DNA of 51,986 bases, counting the filler, from Porpidia crustulata (taxonomy: Eukaryota), in assembly GCA_964255105.1 (NCBI GenBank). It is 3 parts of 3 records of this genome, joined end to end, with 100 filler letters (N's around TTAATTAATTAA, not from the genome) between each part and the next. Parts side by side here need not be neighbours in the genome. Positions count along the whole stretch, not along the records: positions 34,741 to 51,986 come from CAXUWE010000227.1; 2 more parts are not named here. The stretch is one strand, 5' to 3'. Made by a program: the position numbers and the translations under genes. Under the pieces are notes generated by a model. The model worked only from the letters and a program-made list of their open reading frames with translations. It did not search any database and was not told the origin of the DNA. Within the stretch, counting starts at the first letter, position 1. The number at the start of each line of letters is the position of its first letter. Below, one piece after another: positions 35,562 through 47,211 of the stretch.

Positions 35562-36065
35562 ATGGGCCATTCGATCGAATCGTCACGTCCTATTATGGCT
35601 CCAAGTGTAAGTCTCACCGCTCGTGTTATCTGACAGTCCCGCCGTTGACCTATCTTTCTTCGCAAACTTCGTCGCATCATGTTTGTTTACAGCCCACGCT
35701 AATGCCTGCACCGTCTACAGCTTAACTCCAAACGAACCTCGAAGCGATTTTCCACATACAGTGGCGTTCCCTCCCTCGCGGCCTCAGAAAATACCGTCAC
35801 CACCAGCCGGTCATCCACCACCGACCCACGTCTACAAGAGATCAAAGAGTGGACGCAGGGTTTCGATCGTTTAGAGAGCAAGCGGCTGCAACAGCAACGA
35901 TATCAGCCAACGCCGGAAAAAAGCGATAACCTCAGCAAATTAGCGTTGGGAGCGAAGGTGGAGCGGGCATTGGGCCGGAGAATGACCGATCAGGATGCAA
36001 CATTCAGACCGAAGCTGGTCAGTGAGAAGCCTACCCTGGGCAGGTCGGTTACCACTACATCCTGA
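35562..36065 (+). CDS. Small protein of unknown function, 129 aa, absent from the ORF track; exons 35562-35606, 35721-36065
   Basis: Phase-0 intron 35607-35720 (GTAAGT..GCTAAT..CTACAG). Product: MGHSIESSRPIMAPS|LNSKRTSKRFSTYSGVPSL...RLESKRLQQQRYQPTPEKSDNLSKLALGAKVERALGRRMTDQDA...TS*. An alternative start is ATG 35595. Confidence 0.78.
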
Positions 36066-38127
36066 GATTCCGTTGAAGCGACATCTTATTCTACGTACAA
36101 AACTACGGAACGATTGGCGAGATCTGTATGCATTTTTCGCTCGTCTAGAGCCGGGTGTTCGAATGAAGGAACCATTTTTGCGGTGGTATAGCTTGAGCTT
36201 TGTCACCCTATGTTCCTTTAAGTACACGCCAATTCCGTCTACTTTCCTGTGATCGCTTCGGCTACTGAACCCGCAACTGTATTCTATGGGAACATTTAAG
36301 GACGGGCTAGGTGCTTTCTGGGTGCGACAGTAGATTTCAGTACAACTATCAGCTGAGCAGCACCCGCCTGGTTTCCATCTGAAGGCATCGTCACTTTGTG
36401 CTCCCTGATGCAGCATACACGTGGCCGCGATCGATTCTTGTATTCATCTCTCCTACGATGTCGCCTCGCCACGCTTACAAATACTTACCCTTCGTACCAT
36501 CTCCGGCACCCAATGAAGTCCGAGTCATTCCGCTGCAGCGGCGCGCTTGTGCTCAATACCAATTGAACGTTCTCTATTTTGCTGTTCCTGACTGTCTCCA
36601 ATCTTCCCACATACAAACATAAGCCTTAATGCCAGGCATTTCATTCATGGTTGCGCTCTGCTATTATAATGGGACGTCTTAGGGGCCCCAAGCAATTGCC
36701 CCGGAACGCACATGCATAGGACCATAGCCAGCTCTCAATTGTGGACACAGGCGCTTCAGAAGAGCCGATCTCAGATGGCTTGGAACATGGCAGATAGTGT
36801 GTTGATCTTGATTTGTCATTTCTACTGCATCAGCCCCAGGTCGGTCCGGATCGGTGTATCTGCGCAGTTGCGGTCACACGTAAGACCTCATAGGCTCCTA
36901 CGCACTAAATTCTCCACCTCGCTCAATGTGGTTTCCTAGCTGGGAATAATGCGCAGAGTCATCGTTTCTACAGTACATATCACAGAGCCGGAGCCACTGA
37001 CTCAGCGAATATTTGATCAGACATAATTCGTAAGAACATATCAGATCCATTTCTGCGTACTTTACATCAGGATCAGGACGCTTTAGAATGTCGTGCGATC
37101 CTGCAAGCAGACAGATCTTGCTTCTCCGTGTCTGCATCATGTGCGTTGTGACGAACTTGCTAGAGTAATGCAATGCAGCACTCGAGAAATTTGGAAATCA
37201 ATATTATCGTGATTGGTCAATCGCTAAGTCTAGGGTTCTGATTCTTGATAGAGATGTGAATAGGGTGAAGGTGGATGAAAGCCCCAGATGAGTAACCCAT
37301 CTGTTCAATGTACATTTGACCCTGAGAAGCTCCTGTAGCCTCTGTAACCAAACGATAATTGATTGCAGAAAAACATCCGCGCAGTGTACTGCAGATCGAT
37401 TGATTCATCATGCTTTAATTCCTCGTTAAAAGCCGTTACTTTTACTCATCATTGTGGCTAGGTTGTGGGTGGTGGGTGGCTGACACGCTGGTTGGTAACA
37501 TCTAGGTAGGGTTGCCCTAGGTGCTTAGCTTGCCGTCTCTGCAAGAAAAAACACTGCACCCCCAAGAAGGCCATATCTACTCCCTTACCTACCCACAGAT
37601 ACTTACTCCAGAACAAACATCGACTTTGTATCCTAATGCCATATTAATTCTAATACTTTACTGCAATCATCATTTTCTCCAGTGGAGATCAGGCCGAACC
37701 GTTTATTTCAGCCTCATTTACATCGAAGCAATCTCCGTCACGCACTACCAGAGTACTTTTTCTCTCCCCGCAATTCACTGGTGCCCAAATATCAAAAGCC
37801 CATATCTCTTCACATTTATTTAATTTCACCCACACTTTCTGCTGCTCAGCTTGGGTATTTTGGCGGTATCGAATCTTGATTGATCACTGCATCTGCCACC
37901 TTCGTCCCGTAGGTCATCCTGCGCTCAGCAATCGTCCTGCTTTCATTGTCACTACCTTTGGCTGACGCAGCACATACCAAAGGCTGTACAGACGCCTCGT
38001 TTGCCAAAGTCACCAGAACCACAATTTGATACGTGTACCGTCTCAATCAGCTGCCTTTACGACATATCTTCCGGCAAACCTCACCTGCTTCTCCTCTGAA
38101 CAGAATCTGTCTTCCTGTGTCGCGAAT

Positions 38128-40026
38128 ATGGCTTCCGACTCCGCGCCCAAGTCTGTCAACGGCAACCACAGCAGCCAGCAACAGTATGGTAACGCGGAGC
38201 AGCATCTTTCATCACATGGTGGAGCCAACTCTGTTGCCACCGGAGCTTATAGCGGCGAGAACACCAGCTCGACGGCCACTGCGAACAACACATCGTCTTC
38301 AACAAACGAAGGCAATGGCGGCGTTCCCAAAGATGAGGTTGGTTGGTATTTCGTAGAGCAATACTACACAACATTGAGTAAGAGCCCGGAGAAATTGCAT
38401 GTAAGCGTCCAAAAAAAGATATTGTCTCCTTATTGGCAAAGATTGTACAACTGACGGCTACCTAGCTCTTCTACTCCAAACGATCCCAATTCGTGTCAGG
38501 TGTGGAAGCTGAGAAGGTCTCTGTTTCTGTTGGCCAGCGCGTATGTGCTGAACACCAAGAAAGCTTGAAACGGAATCGTTTACTAACTAATGCTTACAGG
38601 CTATCAATGAGCGCATTAAAGAGCTTGATATCCAAGACTGTAAGGTCAGGGTCTCTAATGTGGATTCTCAAGAGTCTTTCAAGAATATCGTCGTACAAGT
38701 CATTGGAGAAATGTCCAATAAAGCCGCGCCCCACCGAAAATTTGTTCAAACCTTTGTCCTTGCTGAGCAGCCAAATGGCTATTTTGTACTAAATGACATA
38801 TTTCGCTACATCAACGAGGACGAAGAAGAAGAGATCGAAAACGAGGGCACTCCCGAAGTGGAGTCCACTGCCAACCCAGCTCCCGAAGAAGAACCAGCGA
38901 CTCTAACCAGCTCAAATGACCCTACTCAGCAACAGCACGACGTGGAACAGGTCGACAAGAAACTTGAAGAACAGTTCCGAGATGCACCACTCGTTGATGA
39001 AGAAGTCGCAGCTGTATCGGCTGATGTGAACGGATCATCTGCTGAAGAGACCAGCGAGGCTCATCTCGCTGAGGAGGCCCCGTTAGCAACTAGTAAGACC
39101 GAGGAAGAGAAACCTGAAGCAACTCAGGAATCTCCCGAAGTAGCCACCAAAGCCGCCGATTTGCAGCCAGAGAAGCCAAAGGACCCAGAGCCAACGCCAA
39201 TTGCTTCCCCTACGGAACCTATCGAAGCCGCGCCAGCGCAACCTCAAATCCCCGCAGCACTTGCAAAGCCGGCGGCTCCAAAGACCTGGGCTAATCTTGT
39301 AGCTGCTAATCGTAGCGCAGCACCAGTTGTTCCGAGTCCTGCAGCTTCAACTTCGCCTGCCCCTTCGCAGGCTAAAGCTGCCTCAGCCCCTGCAAACCGA
39401 ACTACTCCACCTCCGCCATCTGCCAGCGACGACACAGTGGGCCGACCTCAGCAAAATGGGAACACACAGAACGGAAATGCTGGGTGGCAGACGGCAGGTA
39501 CAGAAAGCAGCAAGAGACAAGGTCGCCAGCAATCCATTTCGGGTAGCCCAGAGACGGATAATGTTCTAGGATATGTCAAAAATGTGACGGAAAAAGTGGA
39601 TGCCTCCTTGCTCAAGAGCGCGTTGCTCCACTACGGGAAGCTAGTATACTTTGATGTCAGCCGTCAGAAGGTACGTTCATTGGCATGATTGATGGTGATT
39701 CCGCTTACTTACTGACTGTTCGGTAGAATTGCGCTTTCGTTGAATTTGCCGACTCTATCGGTTACAATGCCGCCGTCGCAGCCAACCCACATTCCATTGG
39801 AGGGGAGCAGATCTATGTCGAAGAGCGGCGACCTCGACCAACTGCTTATGGCGGTGGCTTTGGTGGGCGAGGCGGGATGCGCGGTGGTCGAGGGACGAAC
39901 GACGGTCGCCCCGGAAGCCAAGGGCGAGGGAGTTACCCCAAAGATGGTGGTCGTGGCGGCTTCGTCCATCGAGGCAGAGGAGGAAGTATGACCCCGAGAG
40001 GCCGCGGACAGCCTCAAGCCGCTTAG
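38128..40026 (+). CDS. nxt3: G3BP-like NTF2 + RRM + RGG protein (Nxt3/Bre5 family); exons 38128-38400, 38466-38540, 38600-39670, 39727-40026
   Basis: EVGWYFVEQYYTTLSKSPEKLH|LFY, KFVQTFVLAEQPNGYFVLNDIFRY, PKTWA, RRM (NCAFVEF) and RGG-rich tail. Three canonical phase-0 introns. Confidence 0.92.
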
Positions 40027-40727
40027 GAATAACTGGCGCACCCATTCGCATGCATCTCAATTAGCTTCTAACACTGCTCCACCCCATTCCTCGACATATT
40101 CAAATACCTACTGCCTCGGCCACTCGAAGTCTCGGCCTCGGACTCGACTATTGCGATTATCAGTGTAATTTACTCGTACGGTGTTTATAGACGCGATCAT
40201 CGGCGGACTGGAAAAGTTGCTCGACCTCAGCTTCGTTGAAGCATATTCTCCTTGCTTTCATCTCTTCAGCTCAGCATAGCGACTGTGAGACCGAGCTGCA
40301 AAGCCGATTTTGCCCCAACGTATCTTCACGATTCTTCTTTTTTCAGAGTGCGGTTGGTTAGATTGGATGAGCGAAGAAATGCTTTGCGAGGCAGCGACTC
40401 TAGCGGCTCTTTCGCCATTTCAGGGGTTGGCGCATGGGAATTAGGGGGACAGACGAGATCTTTGGCATCCTGAAAAGTGGTGCTCTGCCCAGCTGGGGAC
40501 TTTCAATCATCTTGCTATATGCTTTGGGGACATCTTGCATAAAATACACTTCTGTGTACACATAGAACTTTACATAGGGTTCACAAAATCATCACTTTCA
40601 TCAACTCAGAGGATTGAAGCTCCCAAGACGAGGAAAACCAATGACGGGTAACCGTTCTATGCATGAAATCTCAAGATATCGCTTGCAGTCCGCGAGCGAT
40701 TGAACAAAGAAATGTCTGCGTGTCTGC

Positions 40728-41022
40728 CACGCTGTTGAAATAAAAAATGGAAGCATGCGCTAGGGAAACCCCATCAATTTTGACGAGGTCATTATCAAGA
40801 TTTTGATCAATTTCCGTATGCATTTCAATTTGGAATTTTCATTGAATCTAGTTCTCTGTCACAGCAGTTGTTAGAAAGGGCTAGATCAGGCGATGGCGAG
40901 CTGTTGAAGTAGCATTGAATTAGGCATTGTTGTGAAGAGTTGATCAAAATTTTGAGAATGGTCCACCAAAATTGGTGGGGTTTCCCTAAGCCCATGTTTC
41001 CATTTTTTATTTCAACAACGTG
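40728..41022. mobile_element. 295-bp non-autonomous DNA transposon (MITE) with ~85-bp imperfect TIRs, CAC..GTG termini and 5-bp TSD TCTGC
   Basis: Left end CACGCTGTTGAAATAAAAAATGGAAGCATGCGCTAGGGAAACCCCATCAATTTTG. Right end reverse-complemented: CACGTTGTTGAAATAAAAAATGGAAACATGGGCTTAGGGAAACCCCACCAATTTTG. TCTGC at 40723-40727 and 41023-41027. Confidence 0.85.
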
Positions 41023-41244
41023 TCTGCCTCACTGGTCCGAGTCGTGACTAAGACAACTCCGCGCTAAGACTTACAGGGCCATTAGTGGGGCTCGTGGATA
41101 TCTGAGCTAAGATACATAGCCGTCCACCTCACAACACACCTGACTGCAGTACCTTGAGTTATTGCAACACGCTGCCTAGAATTCCGCTCATGTTCCAAGG
41201 CTTTTCACTAATCACCATATTTGATCATTACCAGATACCGAACC

Positions 41245-43547
41245 ATGCGGCCGGGCGGAGACCTCCTTGCGGGGCGAAGTCGCAAGGACCTTGACGTTAC
41301 AACCCCAACGTCGGAAAGTCACGCTTCGCCCACTTCATTTTTCTTGGCAACTGAAGATTCGCTGGGCAGAATCAGCGCAGCTTTCGCAGATCCAGGGGAA
41401 GGTAGTAACTTTGGTATTCGAAGTTTGCAAGAGACTATCTATGAGAAAGGCGTAAAGGGTGATGAAGGAGACGAGGAGGATGCTGATGCTGATAATGACG
41501 ACGATGGCAAAGAGGGAGACGCTGAGAATACTAAGGAGAAAGGCGCAAGAAGACGTTCAACCCTGAAACCCAAGGTACCGAGCCGGGAAAGCTCATCTGA
41601 GAACGTCGATCAAGCCATCCAAAGTGAGAGCCCAAGATTATCTGGAGCCCGGTCGGATCAACGACGACCTTCTTATCCGAGCACCTCTCAGTCCGTAAAT
41701 TCTCTATCCCAGGCCTCTCAAATGCAAGGTTTATCAATGCCAAGCAGCCCTAAGTCGACTTCCACTCGTTCGCTTCGGCATTCTGATGAGGAATCGGTGG
41801 ACGATGGAGGGTGTCAAGCCATATTATCAAGTGAAGAAGATGACATAGAGCCTTCCACCGAGGTACCAAACACTGCTCCACAACTCATAATGCCGAGTAT
41901 CAAGATGCCAAGCCGAAGACCTTTCACGGATCGGGGGAAGGATATTGGTCGATTAAAGATATTAATTGCAGGGGACTCAGGTATGGCTATGCTCATTGTA
42001 TGGTGGCCCTTATTGATAACAGCAACACAGGTGTTGGAAAGACGTCCCTCATCAAATCCATCGTTCAGCTATGTGAAGAAATAGTGCACGTCGATCCGCT
42101 TTCGTCAAATACCAGTTCTCTTGATCAACTTCCGACGCGGAAATCGAAGGGCAAGCCGGACCACATCAACGCAAACTCTACAACTCAGATCACAGAGGTA
42201 TACGCAAGCACCAAAGCCTATCCTCCATGGTGGTCCGAGATCGAAGAGAGCAGGGTTCTACGCAGGCGAAAAAGTATGGGTGATACTGTCCTCGAAAGGA
42301 ATCTCTGTTTCGTAGACACCCCAGGCTACAGCAATAGATCTTCGACTTCAGAAAATATCAGGTCAATAGTGCAATATGTTGAATCGCAGCTGACCAAAGT
42401 CTTCTCCTTGGCCAATGCTAGCGAGAGCGAGCTTCTTAGCCTTCTAAGTGGACATGGTGGAGCCCAGGTTGATGTGGTCTTCTTTATGATCCAGCAGCGT
42501 AAAGTCTCGGGAGTCTATGATATTGTTAAACGTGTGCTAATCTACCATCCAGATATCAAGCCAACTGATCTAGACTTTCTGCGACGCTTGTCAAAGCTCA
42601 CCAACATCATACCCCTGATCGCTAAAGCAGATTTACTTTCGAATGATGAAGTTCAAAGCGTCAAAGTTTCTGTCACCGATGAGCTGGAATCTGCATGTAT
42701 TAGACCTTTCATGTTTGACCCTAGTGGTCCAACAATATCAGCCATATACACTGTATGCTCTGCACCATCCAATGATAAGGATAACATGGACGCGAGCCTT
42801 TTGATGTCATCGGAATACATTCAACCGCTACTGCCATCAGATCTGAATAAACTTGTACAGCGGCTATTCGACAAAGATCATATTCAGTGTCTAAGGCACC
42901 TGGCAGCGAAAAAGCTTATTAATTCTAGGAAAGACACGGAAGTCACTTCTATGATTTCGTCTTTCCCACTGTCTTCTCTCAAGCCTCTCGAGGTCCGTCC
43001 GTTAAGCCATTCAACTTCGATAGCATCGCCGACTGCTGCACGGTCACTTATCCCATATGCCAGTGGCGCATCGTCCTACATTCAGATTGGCGTTGCAGAC
43101 CATACACAGCGAGAAGAAAAGCTAGCGCAGGTGAGACTTGCCAAATGGGCTGGCGACCTACAGAGATCTCTACAGAATGAACGAGTAAGATACGAGGCAT
43201 TGTGCAGAGGTGAAAGAGCTGTGTGGCTCACTGAGAGACTTGGAGAGTGCGTTCACGACGGCACGTTGGCCCCTATACAAAGCTCGGCAAACGTAATGCC
43301 ATCGGAGAAAGCCTTCTCATCGTCTAATGCAGTTTCTTCGGTCATATCTAGGAGGCTTTTAGCGGATGGTGGAGATTCGCTTGGTCTGCTTAGATGGAAC
43401 GAGGCTATGAGAAGAAGAAGCTGGATTGCATTTCAAGTGGTCGGCAGCTTCGGCGTCTTAGGAGCAATGGCAGTCTGGATGGCTAGGAGCTGGGGACTGA
43501 GCACTGATGACTACTTGGGGTGGAACTGGGTCTGGTGGGACAGGTAA
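41245..43547 (+). CDS. Atypical septin-like P-loop GTPase with predicted C-terminal transmembrane helix; exons 41245-41980, 42031-42498, 42553-43547
   Basis: G1 ILIAGDS|GVGKTS formed by splicing intron 41981-42030; G3 NLCFVDTPGY; G4 NIIPLIAKAD; hydrophobic WIAFQVVGSFGVLGAMAVWMA near the C-terminus. Second intron 42499-42552 is in frame without a stop, so it is less certain. Confidence 0.8.
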
Positions 43548-43869
43548 ACTCACGATTTTTTCAAATCTCTTTTACTGGTGTTGGCGGCTGCGATTCGGTA
43601 TTGCATTTGGGCGCTACTGGTCGTCTCCACATGTGTATATGTCATTGCATGGGATGGCGTTCTCGATCTTGGTACACCAACACGATAGAGAGACAAGACT
43701 TTTGAGATGTATCAGATACCCACTTACGCCCGAGGAAATGAGAGTATATCACAAAAAAAGTCCAGTCCTTATATGCCAGTGAATACAAAGCCCGTAGCGA
43801 GTGCGACTACTGCTTTTCCGATAGCTCGATACGATCCTTCATATATTAGAAAGGAGCTCTTAATGCCAA

Positions 43870-43912
43870 AGAAGCGAATGGAAACGAATGGAAACGTAGA
43901 ATTTCGTAGAAT
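43870..43912 (+). promoter_or_regulatory. Heat-shock element cluster upstream of HSP90
   Basis: GAA at 43871, 43876, 43881, 43886 and 43891, then an imperfect GAAnnTCGnnGAA at 43899-43911, about 400 bp upstream of the ATG. Confidence 0.65.
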
Positions 43913-44301
43913 CACGTACAGGGGTAGGCGCTTAGCGCGAACGCTGAACATAAGTTTACAGAAATTGTTCGAACCAACACCTCAAATCCACTTGACTTAC
44001 CCACCACCACAAACATCACCGTTCATATTCTAAATCAAAGCTGTCCCTTTGAGGTGTATCCCATTTTCATGTAAGTTCATTTACATTTCTCTTCCTCTGC
44101 CTTGAGACTTCTGCCTGCAGCCTCGAGCTCCATTATCAAGCTCCAGGGCCCAGCTCCAATTGACAACACTAGCCTTGCAGCTTCGATGCTTTTTCGTGCT
44201 GTGTCTGACGAGTCATACTATAGTTTAAATTGTCGGTCACACGCTCCAGCATACCTCTTTGCCACAAACCAAACGTCACAAAGCAACTCCTAACCGCAAC
44301 C

Positions 44302-46532
44302 ATGTCGGCGAACACTTATGAGTAAGAATCCCTCAAGCTGTCAAGTGGTTTCTGGTCATTGCTAACAGTGGTGCCACCCAGATTTCAAGCCGAGATCAGC
44401 CAGCTTCTATCACTCATCATTAACACCGTCTACTCAAACAAGGAGATCTTCCTGCGAGAACTTATTTCCAACTGTTCCGACGCGCTAGACAAGATCCGCT
44501 ATGAGGCTCTTTCAGATCCAAGCAAGCTCGATTCGGGCAAAGATCTCCGAATCGACATCATCCCCGACAAGGCTAACAAGACTCTGACCATCCGTGATAC
44601 CGGTATCGGTATGACCAAGGCTGTAAGTCACCCATATTCCTCCTTGCTTCCGAATGTTCTGACTAGGTGCAGGACCTTGTGAACAATCTTGGTACCATCG
44701 CGCGCTCTGGTACTAAGCAGTTTATGGAGGCTCTCACCGCTGGTGCAGACATCTCCATGATTGGTCAATTCGGTGTTGGTTTCTATTCTGCCTATCTTGT
44801 AGCCGACAAGGTTACAGTTGTCTCAAAACATAACGATGATGAGCAATACATCTGGGAATCTAGCGCTGGTGGTACTTTCACCATTACGGAAGACGAGGAG
44901 GGCGAACAGCTCGGCCGTGGTACCAAGATCATCCTTTATTTGAAGGACGAGCAGACCGATTATTTGAATGAGAGTAAGATTAAGGAGGTCGTCAAGAAGC
45001 ATTCCGAGTTCATCTCCTACCCCATTTATCTACACGTTTCGAAGGAGACTGAGACGGAGGTTCCTGATGAGGATGCAGAGGAGTCAAAGGAAGAAGAAGT
45101 TGACGACGAGAAGAAAGCAAAGATCGAGGAAGTAGATGACGACGAAGACGAGGACAAAGACAAGAAGAAGAAGACCAAAAAGGTCAAGGAAACCAAGATT
45201 GAGGAGGAAGAGCTCAACAAGACCAAGCCAATCTGGACGCGAAATCCTCAAGACATCACCGCTGAGGAGTATGGTGCCTTCTATAAGTCCCTGTCCAACG
45301 ATTGGGAAGACCATCTGGCGGTCAAACACTTCTCTGTCGAAGGCCAACTGGAATTCCGTGCCATTCTTTTCGTTCCCAAGCGCGCACCTTTCGACCTCTT
45401 CGAGACCAAAAAGACCAAGAATAACATCAAGTTGTACGTTCGTCGTGTCTTCATCACGGATGACGCTACCGATCTTATTCCCGAATGGTTGAGCTTTGTC
45501 AAGGGTGTGGTTGATTCTGAGGATCTACCTCTAAACTTGTCGCGCGAGACACTTCAGCAAAATAAGATTATGAAGGTCATCAAAAAGAACATCGTAAAGA
45601 AGACTCTTGAGCTCTTCAACGAAATTGCAGAGGATCGTGAGCAATTCGACAAATTCTATACAGCATTCAGCAAGAACATCAAACTTGGAATCCACGAGGA
45701 TTCGCAGAACCGAGCATCGCTCGCTAAACTTCTTCGCTTCAGCTCCACAAAGTCCGGCGATGAGACCACTTCCTTTGCCGACTACATTACGCGTATGCCT
45801 GAACACCAGAAGAACGTCTACTACATTACCGGCGAGTCTCTCAAGGCTGTCCAAAAGTCGCCTTTCTTGGATTCTCTCAAGGAGAAGGGTTTCGAAGTCT
45901 TGTTCTTGGTCGACCCTATCGATGAGTATGCCATGACTCAGCTCAAGGAATTTGATGGCAAGAAGCTTGTCGATATCACCAAAGACTTTGAACTTGAGGA
46001 AACTGACGATGAGAAGAAGGAGCGTGAGGCCGAGGAAAAGGAATTCGAAGACCTGGCAAAGGCTCTGAAGAACGTTCTTGGTGACAAGGTTGAAAAGGTA
46101 GTTGTGAGCCACAAGCTTGTCGGTGCACCTTGCGCTATCCGGACCGGTCAATTTGGTTGGTCTGCCAATATGGAGCGTATCATGAAGGCCCAGGCTCTCC
46201 GCGATACCTCCATGAGCTCATACATGTCATCCAAGAAGACGTTCGAAATATCGCCCAAGTCACCAATCATCAAGGAGCTCAAGAAGAAGGTCGAAGCTGA
46301 TGGCGAGAATGACCGTACCGTCAAATCGATTACTCAACTACTTTTCGAGACTTCATTACTGGTATCCGGTTTCACAATTGACGAGCCAGCTGGGTTTGCG
46401 GAGCGTATTCACAAGCTTGTTTCGTTGGGATTGAATGTGGACGAAGAAGCTGAGACGAGTGAGGAGAAGGCTACAGAGGATGCCGCGGCTCCGGCTGAGG
46501 CTGGCGAGAGTGCTATGGAGGAGGTGGACTAA
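44302..46532 (+). CDS. HSP90: Cytosolic Hsp90 chaperone; exons 44302-44321, 44382-44622, 44673-46532
   Basis: [24 protein letters not shown], charged linker and C-terminal MEEVD. Canonical introns 44322-44381 and 44623-44672. Confidence 0.98.
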
Positions 46533-47211
46533 ATACATTAGGTAGGTGTTTGTCATGATTGCACGCAATCACCCGGTGTTGGTATTTCATACTCTACAAT
46601 TCCCACCCTCTTCGGTTCTACTCATCGCAGATGCTCTACGACAGATTACCACTCTGGATGATCTGGGGTAGTGGCTCACGCGTACAATGTCTTCCAGCAT
46701 GTATCTTCTAGTATTGCAAGCTTGAGCGTTGATAGGTAATTAGAGCATCAAAAGAAGTGAAATCTGTATTACCATTGTCCCAAATTTCGCTTTGGTTGTT
46801 TTCCTCCAGAATGCTAACAGTTCGCCGTCGAGTGGAAACAGCGGTAGAGGAGTCTTTCATATTGCCAACGTTCAAATGACGCCTCAGCTCTGACTCAACC
46901 TACAAACCCTACCGTGGGTTTTTCCAAGGCTGCCAACTTAAATCCTGTATCACCTTCCAGGTAACCTTACAAATATCTGAAACGTTATCCAGATTTGGGT
47001 GAATGAGAGTTTGGGTCTAGCCATAGGGATTCCTCCGTATCAAATACTGGACTTGTAATACATTCGCCCTATCATCAAACAATCCACATCTTACAGTTTT
47101 TCTATTTTTCATTTTGTCAGGCTCCCTAGTCTACCACTTTCATTTGTTGACACCCACTCCTCTCTTCCTGACCTCTCTTTACCCTCGACTCTTCTTCCCC
47201 GTGTCGATACA

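Noticed and set aside
36100..38000. Several 60-160-aa ORFs in the long intergenic region
   Set aside because: No motifs, coherent exon chain or coding-like composition. No tRNA or snoRNA structure could be supported by eye.
44071..44381. Possible stwintron (nested intron) at the 5' end of HSP90
   Set aside because: Removing 44071-44322 does not recreate a GT donor. The simple model with ATG 44302 works.
45531..46151. 206-aa antisense ORF within HSP90
   Set aside because: Typical shadow ORF of a strongly codon-biased, highly expressed gene.
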